Assembly: GCF_018350175.1 (NCBI RefSeq)
Contig: NC_058369.1
Span: 26,848,001-26,912,000 of the forward strand
Direction: 5' to 3'
DNA from: Felis catus
Lineage: Eukaryota
DNA: 64,000 nucleotides
Part shown: positions 48,061-62,484 of the stretch, piece by piece
How the letters are laid out: every line of letters starts with the position of its first letter
How positions within the stretch are numbered: position 1 is the stretch's first letter
Made by a program: the position numbers and the translations under genes
The notes under the pieces: generated by a model
Database searches by the model: none
Seen by the model: only the letters and a program-made list of their open reading frames with translations
Told to the model about the DNA's origin: nothing

Positions 48061-50109
48061 ACATGCAGAACTAGCCTCAGCTTGCAGAGCTTAACAGCTG
48101 GGGGAGCAAACTCATTTCATGGCTAGAAGACAGCCGGGAAAGAATGTGGCATGTATACTTTCCTAATGAAAAGTAAACAGAAGGACCTTTTTACTCCTTT
48201 GGCTGCAAATCAGAATCCTTTTGTGCAAATTGAATTCATTTTCTTATTGCTTCAGGATAAAATAGATTCCATTACCATTCTCCATCACTGTTTCCCTGTT
48301 TTCCTTGCTCTGAGTGTATCCCATCTCTTAGAATTAGAATGGGGGACTTTAGTTGATCACAATAGCCATTGGAAAGTCATAGGGGAAAGAAAGAAAAATA
48401 ACCTTCACTGATGCAAAAGAAGAAGTAAAACAAATAACCACCAGGTAACAATAACATTTTACTTTGAAAATTTTCTGTAAGATTAGAACAGAAAGTCCTT
48501 GTGACCATATATATGTCTATATACAATATGTGTTGTATGTGTATGGCTCTTAATTTATTTCAGCTGGCCTTCAGGAAAAATCAAATTTGATAGGAAGGAT
48601 TAGGTTGAAAACAATTTGAGGGAAATTTGAAGTTTTTAACATTTAAATACATTCTATTAGGTACTTTTTACAACTATTGATTATATCATTTCTTAATAGA
48701 ATCTGGCCTGAGAGAAATGACTTTATAAAACAGAAAACCAAGAAAGTTACGATTTTTACTTCTTTCTTTATGATCATTCTGCATTAGGCTGAGTTAAAGT
48801 TGTGCCACTTATGCTTTAAACAAAGATGAGGTAGTGAGGGTAGAAATCCAGCCCAGTCCCCCACCAGTTTCCCAAGTCTTCCATGGGGCACCTTTTCTTT
48901 ATACAAGGGCTCCCTCTTTTCACTAGTCACATGCCCAAGGAACTGCATCTTTCCTTAAGAGATACCTCTAACTTGTCCAAAGACCCTGCAGAGACTAGAA
49001 TAGCTCTGATAGAGGCATTATAGCCATACTAAAAAATGGCATGGTAGCATAATCTGAAATTAGCTTATAGGGAAAAATCTATTTTGTAAGAATGAACAAA
49101 CACTCCAACTCTTGCACACATAAGTTCATAACAGAAAATTAACCCCGTGTGAAAACTTCCTAAGTTCAATCACTAGTTAGTTTGCTTCATGCATGCCTGC
49201 ATCTATTCATTCAATACATATAATAAAAGAATACTGTCTCTGCTGATCTAATAGATAAGGAATTTCAGAGAGAGTTCCACAGTGAAGGAAATTTAACCCC
49301 ATTGCTATTACATGCTATCACTGTGTGATTATATGCATATTATTGTGATTACCCATTAATTTATAACAGTGCACATTCAGTGTGCATTGTTGAAAACTTG
49401 CTTAGTGCTTTCTGAATATGTGCTAAGGAAAAGCTAGCATTTTATGCAACCATATGATTAGGCCCTGGCCCCACCGTTTTCTATTTACCCTTTAAAGAAA
49501 ATCCCGGCTGAGCTTTTGCTACTCTAGCTATTGTTGAGTTCTCTGGATGGGTCCTTTTGGGTGGCTGCCCGAGCTCATTAGGCCTCCACACCTAGCTCAG
49601 GCAGCATTAGCCCGCAGATTTATCTTAATATAAACAATGTTACTGAATGTGCTGTGTTGTATTACTTTTCTTGAGTCTTTACCTCTGTATGAGTTCTCTT
49701 TTTATTTCTATTTATGCCACAATGAAAGCTTTTCAGTGAGCAACCAAATTTTTTCAAGATCACAGCTCTGAGTTCCATGGGTGCCCTTTTTGAAATCACA
49801 GGGGTTAGTGCTTTATGTATTAATCATGTCCAGCTCTTATTTCACAGATTAATTAATCTATCCAGCTAAAACATTGCAAACAAATCAAGCTTCCTTTTCT
49901 TCCTTTTACTTAAAGATGTGTTTTGGACAGTGTTGAGAAAGACTTCCGCCTTAGTGAGAAGAGGGTGAGACTGACGTGGGGCTGGTTGTTCGGTGTGGAA
50001 GTTGTTACTGGTTGATCAGTCAGCTTCTCTAATTCTTAGTGCTTGACAGAGTTACTGATGAAGGTTGTCAAAGTACGTTCTTTGAAGGTTGCTTCACAGT
50101 ACTTCTTTT

Positions 50110-50540
50110 GCCTTCTCCTGAAAACTATATCCCCAGTTTTCTTTCAGCACATGGGGTAGTGTTGTTTCAATGCCACTTGGGTTAAGCATGTACCTAGGTC
50201 TGAGCCAATTAGCATATCATATTTCCTGGTTACAATGATTTGTTTAGAGAAGGTCAGGTGATCAGATTGGAGCCAGTGAGACACAGTGAATACTTGGTGG
50301 GAATGCTGGTGGGGGGGCAGGGCAAGAAGTCTTTTTTCTACTAGACATGAATGAAGAAAGATGTATCTTTAGGACCTCTAAGAAGTCACTTGAAACCACT
50401 GTGGGACAGATTTGGATGGTTTTGTGCCCCTGGGTCCAACCAAGCCTATAAAGTCAGATATACCCTTGGATTTTTCAGTAACGTAAGCAATTCTCATTTT
50501 GCTTAATCTAGTCTGGGGTGGAATAAACAACTTGTATAGG
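50110..50540 (+). mobile_element. MaLR LTR (MLT1K-like)
   Basis: gccaattagcatat...gccagtgaga...cccttggatttttcagtaacgtaagcaat. Confidence 0.7.
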
Positions 50541-51099
50541 GTTATGGGTATGAGGAAGTATATGAGTTGAGGTCATATTTGCTAACACTGGGGCATCATT
50601 AAGATAGTTTGGAAATCCCTCTTGGTTTCCCTAGATCTTAAGACTCTACCCCTTCAAGAAGAATTTGAGAGTTTCAACAGCTACTCTTGAGCTAACTCTC
50701 ATTCCACTCTACCCTAGTCCCAAGCTTGGCCAACCCTGTCTCTCTTGCAGCTACAAGGAATGTGGAAGAAACCTCAGGATCATCACTCCATCATAGTTCT
50801 TCCTTATAAACAGAACTCAGAGTCCACACTCTTGGAATCATCATTAGTGTCTGAGGCGACTTTAAAAAGGACATGAAACGTGAAATAAAACTATGTCACT
50901 TCATTTGTGTATTAGCAGGTCTCAACCTGGAATTGAGTGGGGTTCCTAAAGAAGTAGGATGAGGAATATGTTCAGTGTCAAGTTTTCAGATTATGAGATA
51001 ATTTCATTTTCTTACTTTGAGTCTGATTTCTTAAAATTGATAAGTGAAAGAAGAAATTCAGGAGGTAAAATGTTTACATATTTCTGAAAATGCCAGCAA

Positions 51100-51309
51100 A
51101 ATTTTTAAATGTTTTTATTTATTTTTGAGAGAGAGAGAGAGCATGCACGCATGTGCTGAGGTGCAGAGAGAGAGAGGGGGACAGAGTTTTCAGAGGGGAC
51201 TCTGCACTCACAGCAGTGAGCCCAATGTGGGGCTCAAACTCACAAACCATGAGATCATGACCTGAGCCAAAGTTGGGTGCTTAACTGACTGAGCCACCCA
51301 GACAGCCTT
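51100..51309 (-). mobile_element. Can-SINE
   Basis: Head ends gagccacccagacagcc; degenerate TSD tg(c/t)cagcaaa. Confidence 0.92.
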
Positions 51310-51454
51310 GTCAGCAAATGTTTTTGATAATATTTAAACATGTATATGGAAGACTGAGGAATATTTCTTTAGTTAGATGTTCTCATAATATTTAAAATAT
51401 GGTTATTTTGGTATATTCAGTTTGTGAAAATTTGTTACTCCTTATACTTAAGAC

Positions 51455-52858
51455 ACATAAATATAGTCAACTTGTCTTGATAAAGAAGCAAAAACAATAC
51501 AACAGAGCAAAGATAGTCTTTTTAACAACTGGATAATCACATGCAAAAAGGTAAATCCAGACACATACCTTACACCCCTCACAAAAATTAGCTCAAACTG
51601 GAGAACATTCCTGAATATAAGACCCCTAGAAGAAAACATAGAAGAAACGTTTGATGGCTTTGTACTTTTTAGACTTGATAAGCTGGACTTCATTAAAATT
51701 TTAAGTCTGCTCTACAAAAGACACTGTCAAGAGAATGAGAAAACAGGACCCAGACTGGAAAAATTGCTTTCAAAAGATTCATCTTGATAAAGGACTGTTA
51801 TCCATAATATAAAAGGAATTCTTAAAACTCAACAATAAGAAAACAAACACCTTATTAACAAATGAGCCAAAGACCTTGACAAAGACCTCATTAAAGAAGA
51901 TAATACAAATAGCAGATAAGCATATGAAAATATGGCCCACATCATATGCCCTCAGCAAACGCAGACTAAAACAACGAGATACTACTACCTACCACGTGTC
52001 AGAATGGTCAGAATCCAGAACACTGACAATACCAAATGCTGGAGAGGATATGGAGCAACAGGAACTCTCATTCACTGCTGGTGGGAATACAAAATGGTAT
52101 AGCTACTTTCGAAGACAGTTTGGTAATTTCTCACAAAACTAAATATACTCTTACCATATAATCCTGTACTCCTATTCCTTGCTATTTTTTCCAAAGGGGT
52201 TGGAAACATGTCCATGTAAAAACCTGCAAATGCATGTTTATAGAAACTTTATTCATAATTGTCAAAATTTAGAAGTAACCAAGATGTCCTTCAGTAGCTG
52301 AATGGATAAAATGTGGTATATCCAGATAATGGGATATTATTCAGTGCTAAAAATAAATGAGCTATGAAGCCATGGAAAGATATGGAGGAACCATAACTGC
52401 ATATTACTGAGAGAAGCCAATCTGAAAAAGCTACATACTATATGATTCCAACTATATAACATTTTAGAAAAGGCAAAACTATGGAGTCAGTAAAAAGGTC
52501 AGTGGTTTCGAGTTAAGGGTAGGGATATGGAGTGCAGAGTATTTCTAGGGCAATGAAAATATTCTGTAGGATACTATAATGATGGATACATGCCATTATA
52601 CATTTGTCCAAATCTATGGAATGTTCACTCACTAAGAGTGAACCCTAATGTAAACTATGGGCTTTGGGTGATAATAATATGTCAATGTAGGTTCATCAGT
52701 TGCAACAAATGTACCATTCTTGTGGGGGATGTTAATGGCAAGGAGGTCTATGCATGTGGGGGGGGGGCAGGGAGAATATGGGAAATCTCTTTACTTTCTT
52801 CTCAACATTTCTGTGAAAATAAAACTGCTCTAAAAATAAAATCTATTTTAAAAAAAAG
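51455..52858 (+). mobile_element. L1MC1-like 3' fragment
   Basis: Characteristic 3' UTR agagtgaaccctaatgtaaactatgg...aaaactgctctaaaaataaa. Confidence 0.88.
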
Positions 52859-54884
52859 ATATGTGTACTCTCTATATATTTCAATAAAAATATTTTTTCA
52901 AATCCTAGTTACTATAGTGTCAAAACTGAATAAAAGTATCTGAATTTTTTTTATTAATAGAATTCATTTAAAAGGTAGATATTATATGTTCCCTAACCCA
53001 GTAAATTATATGGCCTAGTGTATGTATTAAATTTGGCTGAAATTTTGAGTTGTGTGAGAACACTACATTCATTTCAGTTAGAGAAAATTCCTAGGGAAAC
53101 CTGAATGTGATAGTTCATCAAAGTATCTGTTATTAGTTAGGAACTACCTAAAATAAGCCTACAAGTCCTCCATCTGTTCAAATTCTTCATTTCCTCTTGT
53201 TTCTAGTGTATGGTTTTTTTTATTACTGAAAATAAAAGTTTGTTTGTTTTTAATGTCTTTTAGGACAATCTCTGTGTGCCTTTCCAGGTTTCCACTGTAA
53301 CTCTTCTGTACTGCATAAAACACTTTTCTAGGATTTTATTTGGCCCAGTCATATTTGCTGTATGCTTTTGAGTGGATCAGTTTATTTATTCATGATGCTG
53401 ATTCCCACTTAATTCTCTGGGAGTAGGACTGACATTACACATAAAGCACTTTAAGCTTCTCAGAAGTTATGCACTGAAAAAATAATGTTGTTTTATTACA
53501 GTTGTTTATTGTTTATAAAAGCATTCAGATATTGCTCATCTTAGAAAATGTCTTTTTTCATTTTCTAACCTATTGGACATTATTAACTGAATTTTCAGAT
53601 CTGGTTCCTAGAACACATTTATCATTGTTTCATCTACCTGTCTGTCTATATGTGTCTACCTAACCTATCATCTATCTTTCATTTATCTATTATCATTATA
53701 TTTTAATTCTAGTTGTATTTGTTAGACTGATCTATCAAGTGGAACCCTTTTGAAAATTTGGGAGTTCTTATTTTTTTCTTTCTGGAATTTTGTGATGAGT
53801 ATGAATGCAGAGTTGAGTTGTTTTGCTGGTTGTGATGGGCGGCGTTTACTCTGTATGCCTTGGTGAGTCTCCTTTGTTGCATTGCTCTGTTTGCAGCTGT
53901 GACTTTGCCGTGGTTGTGGGCTGGTACTTACACACAATAGATAAACTGTAGGTTGGATTAAAAGACAGCTAAGGCTATAGTGGAAGAGTCCACCTGTGAG
54001 TACTTTAAACCCTTTTCCTTCCCATCTTTTTGATCCATGTTTTTCCTAAATCTTAAATTTAAAGTAGTGTATGTTATTAATTTTTCCAATTAGTACAGTG
54101 AATAGTATTTATCAGTGTTTCATTTTACATATTTTTATTCACGTTTTCTGAATTATTCCTAAATAAGATCATTTATGTAAAAGTATCAATTACTAGCTTG
54201 AACTCTTGACAGGCACTGAACAAACATTAGTTTTGATTTTTAAAAATTCCTTTCCTTGTTAATTTTTTTGCTAGTTTGACCTAATGTTTAGAGCACTTTG
54301 TAGAAAAACTCTCCCCTTGGTAAGAGGCAGTCAAAGATGAGGAAAGCTGCAAATATGAGCAGGGAACTTGATCATTCACTAGGTTCCAGATATGCCAGTC
54401 ATCGTTACTATGCAAAACAACTTGGGATTGTGGCATTCCTCAGATCACTTATAAAACTTTGTTCATGGGGGCTGCAAACTTTGAAACTGGAAATATCATG
54501 GATTTGCCATGGATAATGGAAGGGAGCTGATTGATATTGATAGATTTCAAGGATGATGGCCTTTCTCATCAGGACCAGTGGTCCATATAATACTTGGACC
54601 AAATAATTACCCAATGCAGTGAATACTTTTCAATTCTTCTTTGACCTCCAGACATAGTAATAGCGTCTAGTCAAATAAACATTGTGCTCTAATGCAGAGT
54701 TGATAAGCTGGCCTCTATTTTTCACTCCATTAATGATGTCTCAAAACATTCCTTCATCTTTCTGTAAAACCTCCTGCTCCAGTGAGCCTCATGCCATCCA
54801 TCTTCCACACTCATTAGATCCCCTATCTTTTATTAGATAATACAGTGGTCTCCTCGCTACCCATTCTTCTTCATTAAAGCTTTT

Positions 54885-55975
54885 CTTTTAAATTTTTTAT
54901 TTTAAATGAATTCCTATTTATAAGAGTTCTAAAGAAGTATACAGAATTCCCATATACCCTTCAGCCCACTTCCCTAATGTTAGCCTCTTATCGAAACAAG
55001 GAAATTAGCATTGGTTCAACATTAACAACTAAATGATAGGCTTTAATTGGATTTCACCAGTTTTTACACATGTCCTCTGTTTCAAGATCCAGTCCAGTGC
55101 CATGTTGTTCTTGGTTGTTATGTCTCTTTAGGCTTCTCCAATCTATCTTTCCTTGTTTTATAGCCTTTCCTTATTTTTCATAACTTTGACACTTTTGAAG
55201 ATTACTGACTAGATGTTTTTAGAATGTCCCTCAATTGGTCCCTCATTGTGACATGTTTTCAATTGATTAGACTGGGGTTAGGATTTGGAGGAAGACTGCT
55301 GCAGAAGTGAAGTATCCTTCCCATCACATCATATTAGGGGGTGCATGATGTCAATATGACTTAGGACTGGTGCTGTAAACCTTGATCCCTTGGTTAAAGT
55401 AGTGTCTCCCAGGTTTCTCCACTGTAAAGTTATCATTTTTTTCCCCTTTTCAGACTCTTGGGTTAGACAGGAGTCACTAAATCTAGCTCACACATAAGGG
55501 GAGGAGAATTAAGCTCTACTTCCTAGAGGGAGAAATATTGAAAAATGTTTAGATATATGTTAAAATCACCACAGTAATTAATAAATATATTGGGAAGATA
55601 GTTCAAAGCTATGTGAATATCCTGTTTCTCCTTAATGTTTGGTGGCTACTTTTAGCATTCATCTGTGGATCTTGCCTAAAACAAATATTTCTGTGGTAAT
55701 TTTCAATTTTCCTCATTCCTTCTACATTTAGTATTTAGAATTATTCTGTATGGAAAATTTGTCACTTCCCCCCTATTTATTTATTTAATCACTTATTTAT
55801 ATCAGTATTAATTCATGGTTGTTTATTTTATTTTTATGCTATAATCCAAACCAATTGTTTTATTGCTCAAAAACCTTTGGCCATTGGAAATTTTTAAGAT
55901 TGTTTTGCATGACCTTCCTCTACCCTTCTTAATTGTTTTTTTTTTTTTTTATTTTTTAAGTACTTCAATTTTGGT
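54885..55975 (-). mobile_element. L1MC/L1MD-type 3' UTR fragment
   Basis: gaattcccatataccct...gatttcaccagtttt...agaatgtccctcaattgg...gtttctccactgtaaagt. Confidence 0.8.
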
Positions 55976-56039
55976 ATTTATCACAGCTTTTCTATTTATT
56001 AATTAAAGACAATCTGTTCATTGTTTTTTGTTGCAATTT

Positions 56040-57990
56040 GTACCATTGTTCTGAGTGACTTCCATGCCTATGTGAACAACTTATCCAACAACTTACCCAA
56101 CTTAAACAACATCTCATTTCTGTGACTTTATCAACTCTCATGATCTTTATCTCCACTCAACTTCAACCACGTACAACAGTTCCCATGCCCTGATTCTTGC
56201 TATTACCTGGAATTGCTCTACTTTAGCAATATTAATTTTCAACATCTAATTTTCCATGTCTCTCAATCTCTTCCCCCAACAATTATTCTTTTTTCTCATA
56301 GAAACCTCAAATCTCTTCATTTCTCTTTTTCCCCAGTCCATAAACTATAAACTTCACAGCCCATGAGCCAGTCCTTCAACCAGTTGCTGGCAAAACCCAA
56401 GAACCTTGTTATGCTTTTGGTTGAGTTTGGCAAGCCTTCTAGGTATATAGAATTCGCTCTCTCTCCCACTCTGCACTCTGCTTAAAGCTGTCACTCTACA
56501 GCTTTTTACTCCCACCTCTTCTCAGCTGATGAGCTCATTTCTTGCTGCACAAAGACAATAGAAATCATCAGAGAGAACACCCCCAACTCCAGGCAACAAA
56601 CTTATTATCTTACCTATCCTACTTTTATATTTCTCTCCTTTCCTTTTGTTCCTCCCATGAAAGATATAGATCTCTTCCTATTTAAGGCTAATTCCTTCCA
56701 TGTGGGCTCTGAGTCCCACTCTTTCCCTCCTTTATAACTCTCTCAGTTTCTTGATTTTTTTTCTCATTCATATCGTTAAATTCTTCCTTTCTCGAGGCGC
56801 CTGGGTGGCTCAGTCGGTTGGGCATCCGACTTCGGCTCAGGTCATGATCTCACAATCTGTGAGTTCGAGCCCTGCGTCGGGCTCTGTGCTGACAGCTCAG
56901 AGCCTGGAGCCTGTTTCAGATTCTGTGTCTCCCTCTCTCTCTGACCTTCCCCCATTCATGCTCTGTCTCTCTCTGTCTCAAAAATGAATAAATGTTAAAA
57001 AAAAAAATTAAAAAAAAATTCTTCCTTTCTCTTGCTGACTCCTATACTTGACTATGAAACAAAGCAAAATGAAATAAAAGCCTTCCCTCCCTCAAGCCCA
57101 CGTTGCCCTCCCAGTACATCCATATCTTTATTTGCATCTGGATAGGCACACTCTTTGAGAATTGTCTACTTACCTGACTCTACGTCTTAGTCCACCACAA
57201 TTCAACTATTGTCCTCCTGCACCATTCCACTCTACTGTTCTTACCGAATGCCAATGGCCCCATATAATTCAATCCAACAGATTTATATCAGTCTTCATAT
57301 TAGTTGATCGTCCTTGTTGATCATTCTTTCCTCCTCAAAATTCTTCTTTTTATTTTGCTTCAGTGGCATCTTTATTTTTTACTCCAACCATTCTGGCCAT
57401 TCTTCTTTTGTTACCTGTCTTTTGAGGTTACCCCTTCATACACCAGCACACTCTTGGAGAGGGGGATTTGTTCTCTCCAAAGCCCTTAATTACTCTCCCC
57501 ATGGCTTAAAAATCTGTGTTTCCAGCCTAGAAGTCTCATAAGCCTGAGCTCTGGATGTCTACCTGATTCCTAGATACCACCACTTGTGTGTTCCTTAGGT
57601 ACTTTTGTATTCACATCCCAAATTAAGCTCTACATTTTTCTCCTCATTCTGTAACTCTCTTTTTTCCCTCTCTTGGGGAGTGGTACCACTATTTCTTTGG
57701 AGCTAAAACCAGAAATCTGGGAGTCTTCCTTGACTTTATTATTTCTCTTGCTTCCAGAAGTAATTTTTTGTTTTTTATTTTTTTTTATCATGCCAAGAAT
57801 ACTCTTATCTGCCCTTTACATTCTTTCAAGTCTCTCAAATCATCCCCCTTACGTGCCTTCTTTGACCACCTCTCTACCTCCAGGCCCCTCCTTTGTATTT
57901 TATGGTATCCCTACATCTGGTTAAAGTTAGCATACAAATGCTTTGTTTACTTTCCTGTAACTCCAATAAGTAGGGCAGAATAAATGAATT
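56040..57990 (+). mobile_element. Degenerate L2
   Basis: Pyrimidine-rich L2-like text (tcagctgatgagctcatttc...atagaaatcatcag; cctgagctctggatgtctacctg). Confidence 0.65.
56794..57015 (+). mobile_element. Can-SINE
   Basis: TSD aaattcttcctttctc at 56778-56793 and 57016-57031. Confidence 0.96.
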
Positions 57991-60416
57991 CTTTTGATTT
58001 TTTATTAACCATAACTACTTTTTACTGCTCTTCATTTAAATCTTTTTCTAGGCAAAAAGTGATATAAAGGAGATTTCATTTCAGAAAATCATTTTAGAGA
58101 CATTCCCCATGGAAACGTCATTACAAATGGTAGTTGGGTTCTTAGACAATCCAATATCCTAATTCATAATATAGATGAAATTAATTTATAATTCCCCTTT
58201 GAATTTTCCTATATATTATCATTGCTCTGGAAAATCCCATATTTTCCTTTCTTCCCCTTCCCTATTACCTGTCATTTCTTTTTCTTCCATAGCATCTCAT
58301 TCACATAATGGGTTAAATAGCTTTTTATGAGTTTTATGAGATCTCTTTGCTACACTGATTGCTTGCAAAATGGCAAGTTGCAGTTCTTAGCAAGAAGAGA
58401 ATATGTTGGCAAAGATAATGTTCATGCCCCTAGTTGAATCCACATCAATTGATTATTCCTTTGTTTATGGTAAAACGGAATGGCTAGAGGTTATGACTGC
58501 CACAAAGCCTGGGACCCACTATCTATCAATTACTGAAATGGGATTGCAATTTCTCCATACACATTTTCTCTAGATCATTGCTAAGGCAGTCGATGGCCAC
58601 CAAGGATAAAAGTAGTAATGGTCTGGATGTATGCCAGGTTAGCCATTTATATGTATAAATGTTGGTTGTTCAGGTTTACAAAACTTGGAGGAGTACACAC
58701 ACATGCATACATACACACATACACTTTAACCATTAGAAACAATCTTGTGATCTAGTATTTCTGCTTGGGCTATCACTGTAGAAGAAAAACCTGCTATAAA
58801 GCAAAATCTCTTCTGCCTTGAGGTTGTGACTTCTTGATGAGAATCACTCAACTGAAATCCCCAAAACTGAATTTCCAATTTACTTATACCTGAGTGGTTA
58901 ATGTTCACATTTCACTCAGATGTTGGACTCAGCCCAAGAGTATACTTGGACTGGGCTCCTATTAGCAAAAATTTCTAGAACTGTGGATGATATTTGTTGC
59001 ATTGTCCTTCACCTGGTTAACCTGCCTGATGCTTTTGCTGAAACAGCGAATTTCTCAGGCTGCCAGGTACCATGGTTATCTGTCTCCTCATGTTGATTTC
59101 TGGCAGTCATCAGGCATGCTGCTGTGCCTCTTAATGTCCATGTGCAGAAGCAAGGTCTTGGTTGCAGCTGGTCAAACATGAAGCTTGTATGTATTAGTCT
59201 GTCATGTACCCACAGCTACTTTGTGGCTCTACTCACCTAGACCTAATTGCCTAAGATAAATTATTCAGTACACATTCTTGATGTAGTTTTTCAGTCATCT
59301 TTATGTTATGAAGAGTTTATGTTCAAAAGGAATCACCTGGACTTCATATTTTGGTGGTTGCAGCTTATCGTAAACTGTAGCTTATGTGTTAGAGGTACAC
59401 TCACTAAGTTGTGTCAATACTAATTGTGTACCTAAGCATAGCCTGTTGACCAAGAAGTGGAGTGTGCTAAGAGAAATTGTGGTCTGGTCCTTTGCCTTTT
59501 TGTGGGAATAGTATTTGATCTAATGATTATAATTTGTTAGCCAGTTAGTGTATACTGAACATGTGAAATGCTTAAAGCATAGCCCTAAGCATTTTAAAGA
59601 GGTTCAATACTCTGTCTTTGATTTAGTCACTTAAAACACATACTCATAAAATGGTCCTAAAACAATCTCTGGGTGATGGTTCATTAAGTACAAGCCTATA
59701 AATTTTATCTACAGTCAGTGCTTAGGTTAGAGTCAAGGAGTGATCAGAGTAAGGGAAAGTACATTCACTCAACACATTCTAGAAAAGATTTATTGAATGC
59801 TTACTTTGTATCAGGCACTGTGCTAGGCTAGATATTAGGGATACCAAGATAAATCCATTCACTTGCCTCAGGATCTTAAGAGGAAGACAGCATGTGAAAA
59901 GGACATGGGCAAACTGCTATAGGAACAAAAAGAAAACTCTGAGGAGTGAAGCTTTCAGAGGTATGTAGAGAATTCATAAAGCTGTGAATCTGCAGTTCTA
60001 CATAGAGCTACTGCTTGCAATATTTGGTTCCTAGTTACCTTGGCTAGAAATGGCATATCATGCCACACTTTGTCCCAAGCCCTCTGTCAACAAACTGACC
60101 ATTTGGAATTCAGTAAATTGATAAAGGTGAACTTTGCAAACTTTATGTTAGACTTTAAATTACCGAAAGGCATAAGGAGGAACTTAGAAGTTCACTTTGT
60201 TTAACCAAGTGGGTCCATGTATTGAACAAATATTTGGGTGTGTGGTGAAATAGCACAGGCACAGCCAAGTGGGATGGGATGATATTGGGAGACAGAAACA
60301 CACTGCTAGTACAAGAAGATTCTTCAGGACTTTTTGCAATATTCAGATTCTTGTCCACGGTTTGTCTCACTATGTCATGCCTATCTTCAGGTAGTATTGT
60401 CCTGAAATGCATAGAC

Positions 60417-60653
60417 CACTGTGGTCTAGCAGAAATATAATGTGAGATTCATATATTTTAAATTTCCTAGTAGTTACATTAAAAAAGTTAAAAATAAAGA
60501 GGCAAAATTAAGTTTAGCAATATATTTTATTTAACCTAATATATCCAAAATAGTATTGCAACATGTAGTCAATATAAAAATTTAGTACTTTTCTCATACT
60601 TCAAGAACTCAATAGCGACATTTGGCTAGTGGCTACCATATTGTATAGTGCAG
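60417..60653. mobile_element. MER33-like hAT-Charlie element
   Basis: agaaatataatgtgag...tattttatttaacctaatatatccaaaata...ggctagtggctaccatattg. Confidence 0.85.
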
Positions 60654-60804
60654 CTCTAGGCTGATACATACTGTTTTTTTAAGAGTCTCCATAGAGGATG
60701 ATTCTTCAACCTTTTTTGGGATCCCATTCCAATGTTAATTGATGCTGGGAAAATGCTCTTAAATGTAGCACAGATTCCTTATGCCAACATTTGGCTGTCT
60801 CTTC

Positions 60805-61850
60805 TCATCTCATTCAGTTATCATGGAATATTTACTGAACTTCTGTATACTAGGTTACATGTTAGGTGTTGGGATATAATAGCAAGTGCCACTACTGTGG
60901 TTCCTGCTTTTAGGAGGCTTACAGGGTATAATGTAGAAGAGAAATAGTAAATAAATAAATGTGTAATTATGGCATGTGTTGTAGTGGAAAAGGTCAGAGA
61001 ACACCTATGAGGACTTGTAACTGAAGAGTCTCTCCCAGTCTGGAGGGACTGGGAGACTTCCCTTCAGGGAATGGCCTTGATCTGAAATCATGATGAGACC
61101 TACAGAGGGGGGCTCTGAGACAAAAAGGCATTTGTCATCTTGAAGGATCAAACAGGAAAATGGTGTGGCTCAAGTGGAAAGAGTAAAGGCAAAAGTGGTT
61201 CCTAATGAGGTTGGGGAGTTAGGCAGAGGCCAGAACATATGTGGCCTTTAGGCCTCATTAAGGACCAGAATTCTTCTAAAAGCAAGAAGAGGCCACTGTA
61301 TGTTTTTAAGGAATAGAGGGACATTACTGGATTTGTGTCTTAGAATATCCTCTGCTGTAAATTGGAGAATGGAGCTGAAGGAAAACAGATGAATGTGGAG
61401 TAACATTTCAGGAAACTTAAAAAAAACCCTGTTTTATTTATTTTGAGAGAGAGAACGCGTGTGTGTGTGCGCACACTTGCACACCCATGAGCAAGCAGGG
61501 GAGGGGCAGAGAGAGAGGGAGAGAGAGAATCTCAGTCAGGCTCCATGCTGTCAGTGCAGAGCTGGATGCGGGGCTCGATCTCATGAACGTGTGAGATGAT
61601 GACTGAACCACAATCAAGAGTTGGACATTTAACCAACTGAGCCACCCAGATGCTGCAAGAAACTATTTTATAACCCGAGTAAGAGGATTAGGGCAGTGGC
61701 TACCTAAAGCATTAAACTGACGACTTTGAGACATATTAATAGTTAGGGCTCGATGATGCATTGAATAGTGGGGGAAGGTGGCACTGAGTACCGGGAAGAG
61801 GAGTGTCCAGACTGATTCTTTGCTTTTCTGACCTGTTGAAATAAATTGGT
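60805..61850 (-). mobile_element. L2 fragment hosting a SINE
   Basis: atatttactgaac...ttaggtgttgggatata start and purine-rich body. Confidence 0.65.
61431..61656 (-). mobile_element. Can-SINE
   Basis: Head ends gagccacccagatgc; T-rich tail. Confidence 0.92.
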
Positions 61851-62484
61851 CCTTTTGAGCTCTCTCAGCTTTCCTCTAGCATGCTGAAAACCTTAGGGTG
61901 AAGTATCCATCATCTAAAATAGAAAATATAGTGTTAATTTGCCTGTCATCTTTCTTTTTTGCTTGAATCAGAAATTTGTAATTTGTAGTGTAATGTTAGT
62001 GTAACATAAAGAAAAAAATTAATAGTGAGCTTCTGTCCATATCTCTTATGCTTTTCCTTACTGAGTAATCACAGGGCGAATCACTTAACAAATTTACTGC
62101 CTTTAACATTGTTGTCTTTTTTCTTATACATTATATAATCTTTGCATTGACACATAATATTATTGCCATATGATTGTCATGAGTAGCCATTAATGACAGA
62201 CTTTGCAGAGGAAGACTAAAGGGAAACAATAAAGGAAATAATTCATCTGATCTCAAAGTTTCCTAAACCAATTAATAAACCACAACAATAAGCTTTAATT
62301 TTTTACAACTCTTTTGTACAGACTTGTAATCATTCTTAGCTAATCATTAAAAGATTACATTTTGCATTGCTATCTTTTTTTAACATTAGTTATTAAATAG
62401 TTCATTTATTTCCTATTCCAAGTCTACTCTGACATAAAAAATTCAAACTGTTAAATAATGCAAAAGAGTTGGGCTTTGACAATA

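Noticed and set aside
53790..53935. Donor-like ttg|gtgagt and acceptor-like tttgcag near CpGs
   Set aside because: The sites are only about 30 nt apart in intron order, too short for an intron, and I could not define a clear exon.
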